Source: Vicugna vicugna (lineage: Eukaryota). Taken from it: 64,000 nt of DNA. Where the stretch lies: positions 9,223,627 to 9,287,626 of the forward strand of contig MU058423.1 in NCBI GenBank assembly GCA_013265495.1, in the 5' to 3' direction. Under the pieces are notes generated by a model, which was not told where the DNA came from, searched no databases, and worked only from the letters and a program-made list of their open reading frames with translations. Every line of letters starts with the position of its first letter. Position 1 is the stretch's first letter. Both the position numbers and the translations under genes were made by a program. Positions 26,920 through 42,790 of this stretch are shown here, piece by piece.

Positions 26920-28230
26920 AATTGTGGCAAATATTTTTGATCTATCTTTTCATTTAATCTTGACAGCAAATAATGAGATAGTATTATTGTCATCTTATAG
27001 ATGAAGAAATTTATCTCAGAGAGGTTAAGTAACTTGCTCAAAGTCACATGTAAAAATGAGCAGCAAGGACGGAATCTGAAATCCAGTCTGAACCCAAAGC
27101 TCACACTTGAAGCTACTGTGCTATCAAAAGTAGCTACGGGAAACAGTAAGAAATAAAAATGGAAAGGTAGTTTGAGAAAAAATTGTGGAAAGTAAGGAAT
27201 TTGGATTTTATTCTATAGCCAACAGGGAATTACTAAAGATCTTCAAATATAAGATGAAAATTGTGAGTTATATTTCAACAAGACTGATCTTGTTTGGGGT
27301 AACAGAGATGAAGTATGGATGCTCTTGCCTATTCCAGGGGGAAGGTCATGAGCTGCAGATTAGGCACTGGCAGCAGCAAGGAAGAAAGTGGGCGGTCAGA
27401 AGGCAGTCTAGAGCCAGAATCAAGTCTTGACAACTATGCGGATGTTCAGGAGAGGTAATGAAGTAAAATTAAAAAGTACCCAGGAATTTTGAGTTTGCAG
27501 AGCGTGAATAATGTTAATATTGCCACAAAAATGGGAACTACAGGAAGAGAAAACTAGTGTGAGGGCAGATGAGTGATGGCAGTGGACATCTGAGGTAAGA
27601 AGTTTGTCAGGTAGTTGAAAGTAGAAGTGGAATTTATGAAACTTCAAAATTACCTGAAGAGCGAAGACAAGAGATTATGTGAAATATAACAGGAGACAAG
27701 GTAGACAGAAAAATAAGGAAGATCAAGGATACATTTTGGGAGGATGAATGTCTTCAGGTGCCAGGAAGCAAAGGCAGAAAAACAGTCAGTGCAGGCAGTA
27801 GTGTGGTGGTGAAGAGCCCCGTCTGTGAAGCCAGAATGCTTGGAGTTCAGTGAGAGCTCTACCAAATTCCTTGCCATCTGACTTTGTGTAAGTTACTTAA
27901 CTTTCTCAGCCTAAATTATAAAATGGAGGCAGTAGCTCACATCTGAGGTAATATCCATGTTACATGTACTAATCTATAAATCCACAAGACAATCTTAGCA
28001 CATCTGTTATACAGATGAGGAAACTGAGGCTTAGAGTGGTTAAGTAACTTGTCCATAGCCACACAGCTGGTAAATGGAGATATAAATGATAACAGGAGTG
28101 GGTAATAATAGTAGAAGTAACTATTTTATACAGCTTTTTGGATTAAATGAGTAATGTTATATAAATGCATTTAGAACAATGCCTGGAAGACAGGAAGTAC
28201 TCAGTAAACACTATTTGCTATTATCACAGT
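26920..28230. mobile_element. Cluster of MIR and L2 remnants
   Basis: MIR cores (acagatgaggaaactgaggcttagagtggttaagtaacttg; aatgcctgg...gtactcagtaaac) around purine-rich L2-like sequence. Confidence 0.6.
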
Positions 28231-29576
28231 TGTTACTATTACTAGGTAAACAAGGGAAACCTAACACTATAGGTAGCATGAAGTTTTTCATGAAAAGAGG
28301 AAAATTAACAACGTCAGACAGTACAGCCAGGTCACAGAAGAGAACTGAAAGGAAGCCATGGCGTCCGGGGTCGAGAAAGCATCTCCTTGAGCGGTTTCAC
28401 CACCCACAACACAAAAGCCAGATGGCCTGTGGTAATGAATGACTGCGTGGTCAGAAGGTCAAAAAAATGAGGTTACCTGTACAGGAAATATGCAGAAGAG
28501 AAAACAGAATGATAAAACAAGGCCTGAGGCAGGAACAGTATGAAGGGACTTTGTGTCAGGACAGGCTGACAGATATCTTTGTGTCTTAGGAAGGAAGGAC
28601 CAAGTGGACTCCCAGGAAAGGATAATTATCGGAGCAAGGGCACGGAACAGGTGGGAGGGATGGCATTATAAGTAAGTAGAAGAATGAGCTCTCAGTGCAA
28701 GATATTCTTACTTCTCGTGGACAAAAGGAAGCAAGAGAAAATAAATGCAAGTAATGAGAACTACTGTGGGGCAGTAAAGGACAGAACGTAAGAATGCTCA
28801 TATCACCCTGAATTCACACTCAGTCTCTAGATGAGGGAGCAGTGTGGCAGGATTGGGGTGTTTCTGTGGCTATATTAAAATAATGAAAATAAACTTTGAA
28901 AACAAAAGGAAAAAAACTTTGACAACATTCATGGTGATAAACGGAAGTCCTTTATGTTCTTATAATAGAGGAGATAAAGCCTACGCTGTTTGTGCATGTT
29001 TATGCATAATTATTCTGAGCAATAAGGTGTACATATATTTAGGCTTAATCCAAAATTTGTGAAATTAAGATAGCTTTTGATTGAGTTACATCATCTTATA
29101 AAGACACGTAACTCTGACACTATCTGCTGATAATGAGGACAGAGGATATGACAAGTGGGTTTGAAACAGTCAAAAGATCAACTGATATTTTAATTTTAAT
29201 GAAATCATTTCTGAAAATTATTTACTAACGCATCTTTAAATCAGTTAACTCAAAAGGCACAGCCTGAGTACTTTTAGTTTTTGTATTTATCCTATGCTAA
29301 CCACATCCAAAAATAACAGTTAAATTTTAAAAAATAAAGACTATTCCACCACATGTATAAATCATGCAATACCAAGTCTTTAAATTAAAACAAATAACCT
29401 AAAATAATTAAAAGAAGGCGAAAATTACATAGAACTTGTGTTAAAGAGTAAAGCTTTCACATTTCATCGGGAAACGTAGAATATACAGAAATGAATTCTA
29501 AGGAAATGCCATTTACTTAACATCTAATAAAATGACTAAACACTAGTTTTGGAAATTACATGTCCCTGACAACTTA

Positions 29577-29931
<355 letters not shown>

Positions 29932-31371
29932 TTAAAAAAAGATCAGACATTATATAGGAAGCATTAGAAAAATTTGCTAACAGCAAAGGTAAGAACTAAT
30001 CAAATTATTTCGTCTTCCATTCTGTGGACTAAATAAAGCTCATCATCCATTTAACCTAAAATTAGTTTAGACTGAGTTCAGAGGACTTTAACAATGTGCT
30101 AGGGAATGACTAACAGACACTTCCTGGTTAATACAAAAAATATAAAATATTCAGGTATCTTGCCTTCAAAGAGTTACCCTGACACTAAATATTGGTTACA
30201 GTCAATTATTTAACTAGGCCTCTAATGTATTTACAACAATTAAAATATACACAGAATAATTTGAATTGGTAAACATTAAAGATAAGGTTTTATTAATTAT
30301 TATATATTGGAAAGGTGGTTTTTTAAACTTCTCCATGAAGTTATTTTAAAATTAATTAAAACTGGTACCTTACAAGGTTACAAATAGCAACTGAATACAC
30401 ACAGAGAATTTACATACACTTATAAACTAAATAAAGTATTAAAAAACATTGCAACATTTACTGTAAGACAGTTATTTATACTCTGTTTAGTTAAATTATT
30501 ACTTTCCTTTCTTTTAGTGAGGTAGAACTTGACACACGAATAAGCTTTAACTGGCTTTTAGTTTTGACTAGTGATTCTTAATGTCTCTGAAAATGCGGAG
30601 AACACTTTAGAATACAGATTAAGCACACACATAAAATTTTGCATCTCAACACTGAAATGAGCACACAATAGGTTAGGAAAAATCTACGAAGGTCAGAGTA
30701 CTATAGAAATGGGGCTCTCTCATGTATGATAGAAAAAGCAAACTGATGATGGGTACCCAGCTTTAAAGTTAAACCAGTAAGAAAAAGAGAAAGGTCATAC
30801 AAACTCAAGAAAAAAACAAAAATTGAAAAATATAAAATGACATAATAATATAATCATAAAAACAAAAGTATGTATTAGTTTAAATAAAAATAGTGGTGTA
30901 ATTAGAGAGGATGGAACAAGTTTATGGTGAGGTGAGAATAGAGTTAAATCCTTATCTGTCATCACAAGAAGTAAGCAAATAATATCTAATATTTAAAATA
31001 ATCAAGAAATGGCTGCAAACACATACTATTTAGAAATATGGAAGGAACCACTAGGGGTAACAATCTAGAAAATAAAGATTGTCTCTAAGGAGACGATACA
31101 TTTATAACTCTAATGTCCATAGTAGTCATGTATGACTTTTACAATCAGAAAAAATAGTCATTAGAAAATATTTATGACATAATAGTTTCATAAACTTGAA
31201 ATTCATCTATTGATTATTGACTATAGGACAAGCAAAAGGCATTTTGAACATTGATGTTTAGTGAAGATAGAGAAGGTATTTTTAAAAATTCAGTTTGAAT
31301 GCAATTGTAGAGATTTTATTGATAGGCAAAAAAATCATGGCTGGACGCAATAAAATATCAACAACATTCTT

Positions 31372-31490
31372 TTTTGGTGGGGGAGGTAATTAGGTTTGTT
31401 TGTTTGTTTATAATGGAGGCACTGGGGATTGAATCCAGGACTGTGCATGCTAAGTGTACACTCTACCACTAAGCTATATACTCTCCCTCC
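31372..31490 (-). mobile_element. tRNA-derived SINE (vic-1-like)
   Basis: Reverse complement of the SINE at 15158; TSD caac(a/g)acattctt. Confidence 0.9.
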
Positions 31491-31525
31491 CACAACGACA
31501 TTCTTAATATTTCTACTCCAACTTA

Positions 31526-31624
<99 letters not shown>

Positions 31625-32825
31625 CTAATGAGTATAAAAAACAAATTACAAATTTTTAAGGTCACAAAAGAGAGTTTCCACTGACACTGGAACATAAACT
31701 ATTGATAAACTTGGAAAAAGAATGAACAATTTTTAAATACAGTGTGGGCCAATTAAAATGTAGACACCTAATCAGACCTAATCCTATCAGGCCGACTTGA
31801 AAGTACAGAACTTGGCTTTAGAGGTTAGGAAAGCTGTTTGAGGTGTCTGTTTCCTTGTGCCACTTCAAGAAAGCACACTAGCCCCAAAAGGAAGTTGTCA
31901 CAGCGACAATGAAGGCAGAATACATTTAAACCCACCTAATTCATTCTTCAGAAGATTTTCAATAGCTTCCTTTAAGTTTATCTGGAACTCATTTTTTGCC
32001 CTTGGGGTCATAATAAAATACAGAAGGATTTGCACTCCGATAGCATGAGTAATTCACTTGCGATATGGACAAAGAGGGGAAGCCCTGGTGACTAAGAATG
32101 TGTATTAATTTTAAAGGTTAACGGAAATCAAGTGCACACTGAACCAAAGCTACCTTTATGTACCTTTGTATATTTTCTACTCTAATTAACAGTACTATGT
32201 TTAATACTCTTTTTGACAAAGTGGAAACATCTAGGCAGGCACAGAAGAACATATACCTTCTCTACTTTACAGTACTTTATTTTTAGACTCAGTACAGATT
32301 AAATAAGGAGAGTCTAGAATTTTTGGCTGGACAGGACTAATTACAGCAATACAACAAAGAAAACAGAATGTGAACTGAAGCTATTCATATTAGTTCATTA
32401 GTCCACAGGTTTCCAACTGGTGTGCTGAGGCACTGGTCACGGCGCAGGTGTACAGATGCCCTCAGCTTTCACGGCAGCTGGGCGGGGCCTGGGGCTAACT
32501 GAAGCAGGTGAATCTGGCACAAGCAAATTAATCCTTCTAGCCCTGAGGGCTATACAAGTATCATCATTTTCTATGAGTGTTATGATGTGAAAAACGTTGG
32601 GAAGAACTTCATTCGTCATCATTTGTTGCTTTATATTTTTTTGATACTGAACGTTACAGGTTAAGGGTCATATGCGTGATGCTTTATTCATGAGAAAGGA
32701 CCATACAGAACTAGTGGTATACAATGCACTTTTTAGCAATTAAATAAATTCACTGGGGTGGAAATAAAGAACTAAATAAACCCTATAATAACATTTTTGA
32801 AATTTGAAAATAATAAATCACTTAC

Positions 32826-33037
32826 CACAACCATTGCTATAGTAAAATTAGGCCTGAGCTGATAGTCACACCAAGGGTTTGAAGCTCCATAGCTATCTTT
32901 GTATATGCCACGTTTGTGCACCAGGTTAGGATGCTTTTCATTGACATCTGAAGGGTCTTCTGACACAAAAAATAACTTTTCAAAGTTGGCTTGTATTTTT
33001 CTGTTCCACTCATCATAGGAGACTCTCACCACCTTTC
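32826..33037 (-). CDS. AGL: AGL exon 30 eq., 212 bp
   Basis: [74 protein letters not shown]. Confidence 0.97.
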
Positions 33038-33787
33038 CTGCAACATTATAAACAACTTGGTAGTTTTAAGCATTCACAGAAATCCACACCTTTAGTTACA
33101 GCTAAAAAGTAATATTTAGTCAATAAATTATCCACTTTTTGAAGGTGTCAGGGTCTTTTGAAGGGCACTAACCAGAAATTAAAAATTACCTTTCACTGTA
33201 TTAGCGAAAAAGGACTAGACTCTAGCAAACGATCCCAGATCACTTGGATCACTCTTACATTTGATACAATTATCTTTACTGAGTACTTGCAAGGAGGCTA
33301 GTCTGAATTGAGAGGTGCCAGAAGTGTGAATACACACTGTATTTCTAAGCCTTAGTACCCCCTCAAATAAATGGTTCATGAATAATTTCATACTGACTAC
33401 ATATTGAAATAATATTTAGCATAATTGAGTTAATAAAAAATACCATTAATTTCACCTGTTGCGTTTAACTTTTTAAAATGTATGTACTAGAAAATTTTAA
33501 ATTATGTATGTGACTTAAATTACGTCTTTTGGACAGCACTGTTCTAGAAAAAGAGAGGTAAAGACTTCATAATTTTTCACCAAAATGCAACTTGCTCACA
33601 GTCAAACTGAGGAAAAAAAATAAGCACAATGCTCTTCATATCTCAGCTCAAAGTTACTATAAAAATACGGTTAGTAATCAGGTTTGCTACACTTTGCATG
33701 CCAGTGAATGAACGATTTGTCTTTCCTTTCACTCTTAAGAGTTTTTTAATATTAGTTCATTGAGTCAAATGATGATTACATTGGTTA

Positions 33788-33994
<207 letters not shown>

Positions 33995-34975
33995 TTAAGT
34001 ACTAGTTACAGGGCATTCAGTAAACAAACCTGATGAATTACATAACTAATGTATTATAAAATGATGATAAAAAGCCTCACTTTATACGAATGTGTATTGC
34101 AAATATAAGAAATCACTCTTCTTAGTATTTTGCCATTGCTTACTGTCTTAACATATTTGTAAAACATTTTATGAAGTAGAGTGGAAATTATGGAGTAAAA
34201 GAAAATAGCTGCTGGAAAGAGGCAGCAGTAGGAATCAGAATAGAGTACCAGAGAAGAGAGAGAAAATGTGGGATACAGGACCGGAGAAAGCCAGGGAAGG
34301 GGAACATCATAATTTAATCCTAATTTGAAAGTTCATATTCAAGGAAAATGAAAGGAAGTACAAGACCTAATAATTTACCAAAACATTTTAAAAAAGAATT
34401 TGCAAAACCTGTAATGACAACTATTATTCAATCATTTTTTTTGACAATTCTGATCGAAGATAAAATTTGGAATAAGAAAACTGTTTTCCAGACTTGAGAC
34501 TATAGTAAGCATTGCAAATCACAAAAAGAAATGATGAGGTAAAAGATAAAAAAAGTTAGGGGAAAAGAGGTTCAGAAAATAAAAGGATTTCATAAAAGAC
34601 AGGACAATCGGTTGTTTTTTATATTTACAAAAGATAAGCAAAAAGAAAAACTTACAATGAAAGCAGTTCAGATTACAAAGAAATGTCTTAACCACTGGGA
34701 TAAGGAATCATAAAACTTTCCTTTGAGGTGCTTATAGGGAATCAACCTACGAGAACCTACAGAAGGGAACAGACAGCTTTACTAGATGACTTATGCTAGA
34801 AGGGCTGTGTTTGTGTGTATCAGGGGAGAAAAAGGGGGGAGTGGAAGAGGAAGTGGGAGAAAGGAAGATTCTGACTGATTTCATATAAAGACTTCATGGT
34901 TAATAGAACGCAAGATTCCACAGTATGTGGCTTTACAAAGGGCATAATTACATAAGGACTGTCAAATCAACACTA

Positions 34976-35134
<159 letters not shown>

Positions 35135-35614
35135 TTACAAAATGTAAAAGAAATAAATAAATGAGGAAACTACTCTGCAGAGCAATTTGGCAAGACCTTA
35201 AAAGTTGAAGACGTGCATATTCTGCCACATACTAATTTCCTTTCTAGACAGATACTCTAGAGAAACCCTCACTTACGTGCACAGAGACACACATACAAGA
35301 ATATTAATTGCAACACTGCTTGTATTAGCAAGAAAAATAACTGCTGAGAAGAGGAACAGATAAACACTGGGGTCTATTCACATAATGGAAAACTCTTTAT
35401 ACCATTTGAGATTAATGAACTGGGATTTACATAAATCAAAATGAATAAATCCCCCAAACAGAATGACTGAGTAAAGAGAGATCTGAAAAAAACATGGCCA
35501 AATGTTAATATCTTCTAATTTCAGTTTTAGGTTCAAAGCATAATTTACATTATTTTCTGTAGGTTGAGATGTTTCATAATTAAAATTATAAATTAAAATA
35601 ACTCAGAGAAAAAG

Positions 35615-36585
35615 GACACAGATGCAAAAATCCTCAACAAAATATTACCAAACCAAATTCAACCTGAGAAAAACACACACCATGAGCAAGTGGGATTTAT
35701 CCCAGGGAAGCTAGGATGGTTCTGTATTTATAATTCAACTGATGTGACACACTGCATTAACAAATTGAAGAATAAAAATCACATGATCACCTCAACAGAT
35801 GCAGAAAAAGCTTCTGACAAAATTCAACGTCCACTTATGATAAAAACGCTCATCAAAGTGGGCACAGAGGGAATGGATCGCAACATAATAAAGGCCATGT
35901 GTGAAAAGCCCAGCACTAACATCCCACTCAACAGTGAAAAGCTGAAAGTTTGCTGCTAAATTGAGGAACAAGACAAGGACGCCCACTCTCACTGCTTTTA
36001 TTCAACATAGCATTGGAAGTACTGGAAGCAATCAGGCAAGAAAAAAAGTGGAATCCAAATTGGAAAGGAAGAAGTAAACTGTGACTGTCTACAGATGACA
36101 TGATACTATAGACAGGAAATCCTAAAGACACCACCAGAAGATGACTAGAGCTCATCAATGAACTTGGTAAAGTTGCAGGACACAAAATTCATATATAGAA
36201 ATCTGTTGTATTTCTATACACTAATGATGAACTATCAGAAACAGAAATTAAGAAAACAGTCCCACTTACAAGTGCACCAAAAAGAAGAAAAAACCTAGGA
36301 ATATATCTAACCAGGAGGTAAAAGACCTGTTCTTGGAAAACTATAAGACATTGATGAAAGAAACTGAAGATGATACAAACAAATGGAAAATATACAGTGC
36401 TCAAGGACTGAAAGAATTAAATTGTTAAAGTGACCATTTTTTCAAAGCAAACTACAGATTCAATGTAATTCCTATTAAAACAGCAATGACATTTTTCACT
36501 GAACTAGAACAAATAATTCTAAAATTTGTATAGAAACACAAAAGACCTCAAATAGCCAATATACTGTGAGAAACGAAAACAAGAT
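35615..36585 (+). mobile_element. L1 ORF2 reverse-transcriptase fragment (degenerate)
   Basis: GFIPGKLGWF..KNHMITSTDAEKASDKIQ; GTRQG.PLS.LLFNI; .DDMI motifs. Confidence 0.93.
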
Positions 36586-36594
36586 TCCCTTGGT

Positions 36595-38475
36595 GGGGGA
36601 TCAAGATGGCAGAGGATGTGGAGTGGAGCTCACTTCTCCCCCAAACACATCAAAAATACATCTACATGTGGAACGATTCGCATGGAAAACTAACTGGAAA
36701 CTGGCAGAAGAACTCCTATATAACCAAGGCTGCAAAAAAGATTCCCACGTAATGAGGTAGGATGAGAAGAAAAGCACTGGGTCGGAATCTGTGCCCTGGG
36801 AGGGAAGTAAGAGGAGAAGGGCGATCACATGGTCAGACACTCACCCTGGGGAGTGAGAGAGTTGAGCCACAGACTGGCTGTTCCCATCCTGGGGTTCTAG
36901 ATGGAGAAGAGAAGCCTCTTTGGCTGCTTGGAGAATGGCTGGGACAGATGGAAAGGCTTGAAAAGCCTTGACTGCACTTGAGAGGCATGTGCGGGTGCTG
37001 GCTTACCACTAGACAGGGCAGAGAGAGGTCTACCCTTGGCTTGCCTCCCTGTGCTCCCTAATCTGATCTGAGCAAACACCCCAGCCCTGTTCACTCCACG
37101 TCACACCTTGGCAGTAGATCTGTGACAGCCAGATCCTGAAGAAAGAGCTGATCTAGGGACACAGAAGGAGCCCAGGGGCCTGGGTCGTGATCCAGGTGGG
37201 GCGGTGGGGGTCACTGCTGGTGCTTACTCAAACAGTGCCACAGAAGCAGCCCAGACTTCTGACGGGAGTGAAGCTGCTTCAGTTCCTGCAACCATGATGC
37301 CTGGATCCCCAGTGCCAGCTTGAGCGAACGTTCTGGCCCTGCCCACTCCATGCCATAACCTTGCGCTAGATCTGGGACGATTACAATGGAAAAAGATGAA
37401 ACCTTGGGCTGTGTCTGAGTGGAGCCGTAGAAGCTGACACCGGCAGCTCATTGGACCTCTGTAAGTGCACAGGTCCCACTTACTACAGCACTCCCCTCCT
37501 TTGGGGCAAAGGCCCCAGCGTGGGGAGAAGGTAAAATAAACACATAAAGGGAACAGAGCCAGCTTGAGCTTGACCCTCAGGGCACTTGCTCCAGCAACTT
37601 GGGAGCAGACCTCACCCTAGGAAGAGCAGCGACTGCCACTGAGCAAAGAGGAAGTCCCACCTCACACTCTGCACAGGCTCTAGCTCCGACAGCACCAACC
37701 ACACCTCCTGTCAAGATGAGAGTGGCCAGCACACTTTGAGGAGAGATGCGCTGGTGTCCACATCAAATCCAGCCCTCACACCAAAGACATCTGGCACATG
37801 TGGTCTACATTGGGAGGCTCCTACATAAAAACATCCTTTCAAGACCACAATAGGTAACTCTTTCACCTGCATTCACAGAGACAGAGAAAGTTAAGTAAAA
37901 TAAAAAGGTAGCAAACTCCCAACTGAGAGAATAAGAGAAAACTCCTGAAAAAAAAAAATAAGGAAACAGAGATAATCAGTCTACCAACCAATGAATTCAA
38001 AGAGTTAGTTATGAAAATGCTAATGGAATTAAGAAAGAGAATCAATTTAAGTATGGATCATTTTAACAAGTAACTAGAAAATATAAAGAAGACCCAATCA
38101 AAAATGACAATTCAATTTCTGAGATAAAAAGCACTCTAAAAGCAATGAACAGCAGACTGAGTGACACAGAAGAATGTATAAATGATCTGGAAGGTAGAAT
38201 AATGAAAATCACCTAAGCAGAACAGCAGACAGGGAAAAAAAAAGCAATGTACAAGATCTATGGGATAATACATATGCATTAGAGGGGTTCTGCAAGAAGA
38301 GAGAGAGAAGGGGATCAAAAATGTATCTGAAGAAATTACGGCTGAAAACTTCCCAAACCTAAAGAAGGAAACAGATATTCAGGTACAGGAAACACAGAGG
38401 GTCCCAAATAAGATAAACTCAAACAGACCCATATCAAGACATATAATTAAAATGGCAAAAGTTAAAGATAAATAG
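36595..38475 (+). mobile_element. L1 5'UTR plus degenerate ORF1
   Basis: Starts gggggatcaagatggc (YY1-type L1 5' terminus), GC-rich UTR, ORF1-like tail gaaaacttcccaaacctaaagaaggaaacagatattcaggtacaggaaacacagagg. Confidence 0.85.
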
Positions 38476-38529
38476 TAAACATGTGTATTTTACCTCACAC
38501 ACATTCAGTAGTAAAAAAAAAAAAAACAA

Positions 38530-39510
38530 ACCCAAAAAACAAAACAGCAATCCAATTAAAAAATGGGCAGAAGACGTGAACAGGCATTTCATCAAAGAGG
38601 GGACATGGACACCATGGTGGGGAAATGCAAATCAAAACCACAGTGAGTAGTGGCCTACACAACTATCAGAACAGCTGAATAAAAAAGTGGTAACGTGAAG
38701 TGTCGGCAAGGACGTGGAGAAGCGGGATCTGTCCGGTCTGCTGGTGGGAGTATAAAATAGTACAACTACTTTGGAAAATAGTTTGGCAATTTCTTATGAA
38801 ATGAAACATTTATCTACCATATGACCCAACCATGTTTTGGGGCATTTATCCCAGAGAAATGAAAACTTATGTTTACACAAAAACCTGTACATGAATGTTC
38901 ATAGTAGCTCTACTTGTATTGGTCAAAAAAATGGAAACAACCCAAATGTTCTTCAAAAGATGAATGATACATCCATAAAAGAAAATACTACTTAGCAATA
39001 AAAAGGAATAAAATACTGATAAATGCAGCAACTTGGATGGATGTCAAAGAGAATTATGTTTAGTGAAAGAACCAACTTCAAAAGGATACATATTGTATGA
39101 TTCCATTATCTACAGTCTCAAAATGACAAAACTAGAGATGCAGAACAGACTGACACCTGCTAGAGATTAGGGATGGTTGGAGTGACATAAAGGGGTAGCA
39201 CAAGGAAGACCTTTGTGGCGATAGAACAGTTCTGTATCTTGACTGTGGTAGTGGTTATGTGAAGCTATACAGGGGATAAAACTGCACAGAACTACACGGA
39301 CACAAAGGAGGTAAACTAAAACTGGTGAAAATGGAATATGGCCCATAGCTTAGTAAACAGTATTATGCTAATGTCTATCTCCTGATCTTGATATTGTATT
39401 ACAGTTACATAAGATGCCTTTGTTAAGGGAAGCTGGATGAAGGGTTCAGGATACTCTCATGTATCACTATTGTAACTTTCTATTAGTACCCAATTCTTTC
39501 AAAAGTAAAA
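38530..39510 (+). mobile_element. Old L1M 3' region
   Basis: aaaaatgggcagaagacgtgaacaggcattt...aatgcaaatcaaaaccaca...ctttggaaaatagtttggca. Confidence 0.85.
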
Positions 39511-39520
39511 GTTACAGTCT

Positions 39521-39602
39521 AAACAACAAGTTTATACTATATGGCATAGGGAACTATATTCAATATCTTGTAGTAATCTATAATGAAAAAGAATACGAAA
39601 AA
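39521..39602 (+). mobile_element. Short L1 3' stub with TSD
   Basis: gcatagggaactatattcaatatcttgtag; flanked by aaaagtta(c/a)agtcta. Confidence 0.75.
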
Positions 39603-39864
39603 AAAGTTAAAGTCTACATGCACTTACAGCAATAAATGTTTCACAAGACAATAGTAAGTATATAACAAACCCACTGGAATGTCTCTAACGGGAATGGGTA
39701 ATAAAATGAAATAAATTAACGTTAGCCTTGCATTGGCTAATGACAATGGTGTGCCATAAAAATAGGAATATGATGAACTACAAAGAGGTTAAAAAAGTAT
39801 GTCTATTTTAACTCTGTATACGAATAAACCTCTTTACAAAAAGTATTTTATAAGAGCCTAGATT

Positions 39865-40090
39865 ATACAGACAGACAAACTGTGAAGTCTCAGCTCAGCC
39901 ACTTAGCTGCTGTGTGTGTGTGTGAGACTTTGAGCAAGCTACTCTGCTTCAGTCACCTTATCAGTAAAAATGGGAATAATGTAATGCATCTCCAGTGTTC
40001 CTGGGAGTGTTCAATGGGAATAATACAAGGAAAGTAGTTAGCACAATGCCTGGCACAGAGTAAGCACTTCACTTATTAGCAATTATTATT
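39865..40090 (+). mobile_element. MIR remnant
   Basis: gactttgagcaag...tcagtaaaaatgggaataat...agcacaatgcctggcacagagtaagcac. Confidence 0.75.
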
Positions 40091-40301
40091 ATGACTCTAA
40101 ATGCAACCTCCAAAATTGCCTTTCACACTGGCATTTTATCTTTCCTCTAGAAACTCAAACAGGTGAGATCAGAAACTCTCTTCATCTTTTTTATTATTAT
40201 ATTCTGAAGTGTTACACACAAATAACTATCTGTTAGGTGGTGAACCATGAGAAGGTTTAATTTCATCTCCTCGGCAAACCCTTACTGTGCACCGAAAGTT
40301 A

Positions 40302-40439
<138 letters not shown>

Positions 40440-41615
40440 TTACCTCTATTAGAAATTACATTTTCTTATCTTCCCCCACATCCCACAACTGAAGTGCTGT
40501 GAAAACATATATTTTCCCTTAAGAGGAAATGGAGATAAGGGGTGGAACTGGGGAAAGAAGCAGCTCCTATACATCATGTAATACAGTATGAATCTGGCAT
40601 ATGAATAATTAACAGACTGTAGTTTTGACTGTACATTTCTGTGACATGAAGTAATTTGTAATTTTGCTGACATATGAAAACAAATCTTGTGAGCTCGCAT
40701 AGTTTGTATTAGAGTGAAAAGCTCATCTAATAAATGAAATAGCTTGTTATACAGAAATCTGAATTTTAAATCAGCATTGCTGTTCTAACTCATCCACGTA
40801 TGTAGCAATGGGGATACGTTATATACTAAAATGGTAATTTACTTTAGGTTAAAAATGTTTTGGACAAATATTCTTTGAATACTTCATGATGTAAACATTA
40901 TAGGGACATCAATCTACAAGCCTGTAAGTAGCTTAGAGGCCCCTCACACCTCTATAACAAACTACAACATAAAGGCAGATCACAAGCAGCAAAAAGACAA
41001 CATTCCTGTACATTCTTGACCGGGAAAGAAACACTTAAAAATGTTTCTTCATTCTGCACTGCTCATATAAGATAAACTCTGAACTCCCTGGACTGGCAGC
41101 CAACGTTCCCCACAACCTGGGCTGCCCATTCCACACTTCCTACTTCCCTGCAGCTGCCCCACACAAAAAGCCAAGCTAGACTGAGCAGTATGCCCCACAC
41201 CGTGCTGCAATCCACCTGCACTTCATTGTCCCTTTCATCTTTAATGTCTTCCCACAGCTTCCCTCACCTCTGCTGAAATCCTACGTGCCTTTTAAGGTTC
41301 AGTTTAGGTGGAATTTTAGTTACTTTCTGAGGTCCTCCCTGAGACCCACCTACTAGGTCATCTCTCTTCCCTTTATGATACTGCACAGCACTTCCCATAC
41401 ACCTCTTTCTGCAATGCCCATACAATATACCCATCACCTCTTCTACCATGTTGCAAGCTTTTTAGGCAAGGAGTAAGTCTTTTCTCTGCAATTTCTCATA
41501 ATATCAGCGGTGCTAAAGAAATACCAATATGAAGAATGCTTAAGATTCAGATTCCTAATTACATGTATTTTTATATTAGAAGCTAAAAGCCATTTTACAA
41601 GAAAAAAATTATTTT

Positions 41616-41726
41616 TTTAACATTTTTTATTGATTTATAATCATTTTACAATGTTGTGTCAAATTCCAGTGTTCAGCACAATTTTTCAGTCATTCATGGA
41701 CATATACACACTCATTGTCACATTTT
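41616..41726 (-). mobile_element. Young 5'-truncated L1 stub with perfect 16-bp TSD
   Basis: agaaaaaaattatttt at 41600-41615 and 41727-41742; insert resembles a camelid L1 3' terminus. Confidence 0.88.
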
Positions 41727-41738
41727 AGAAAAAAATTA

Positions 41739-42002
<264 letters not shown>

Positions 42003-42502
42003 TCAGGTGAATCACTTGACATGAAAACAACCACTTAAAAAACTGAAGACAAGAAATTCACTTTTGGTGACCACTGGATGCATCTCTCTTCTGCCCTTAT
42101 GTCTCTGTATTTTCATGTAGAAAGTGATCGTAACGTAGAACAGGCACTGTGAAAGTCAGAAACCTTGACCCCGGCTCTGTCTTCTTCTCTAACACTCTGT
42201 GTGACTTGCCCTCTCTGGTATAGTTTTTTCAATCTTGGGTATTTCAAAATCTGAGTAAGAACTGAGCTTTATTATTTTAAAGAGCAGACACCAAGAATAA
42301 AACAAACATGTAAGAAAATAAATGGGCAAAAACTGACCTTGAAAAACATAATTCATTTTCAAAAACTGGTGGAGAATATTTTATTTTTTAAAGTGTTATT
42401 CTAAAATCATATACCAAATGACAACTTTGTAAGATGGCATAGCATTCTAAAACGAGTATCAAACTGAGAAATAAGAAGACAGATTTAAAAACAGTGTTGC
42501 CA

Positions 42503-42790
42503 AGGACACAGAAAACAAACTATGGTGACCAAAGGGGAAAGTGGGGGGAAGTGATAAATTAGGAGTTTGGGATTAACAAATACATATTACTGTATATAAA
42601 ATAGACACACAACAAGGACCTACTGTATAGCACAGGGAACTATATTCAATTTCTTATAATAAGCTGTAACAGAAAAGAATTGGAAAAATATATATCTATA
42701 GGTATGTATATGTATAACTGAATCACTTTGCTGTACACCTGAAATGAACATTATAAATCAACTACACTTCAAAAAAAAAATAAAATGAAA
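42503..42790 (+). mobile_element. L1 3'UTR fragment
   Basis: gaaaacaaactatggtgaccaaaggggaaa...ctactgtatagcacagggaactatattcaa...A tail. Confidence 0.9.

Noticed and set aside
26646..27104. 152-aa hydrophobic ORF on the minus strand
   Set aside because: Antisense reading of MIR and A-rich L1 ORF2 remnants.
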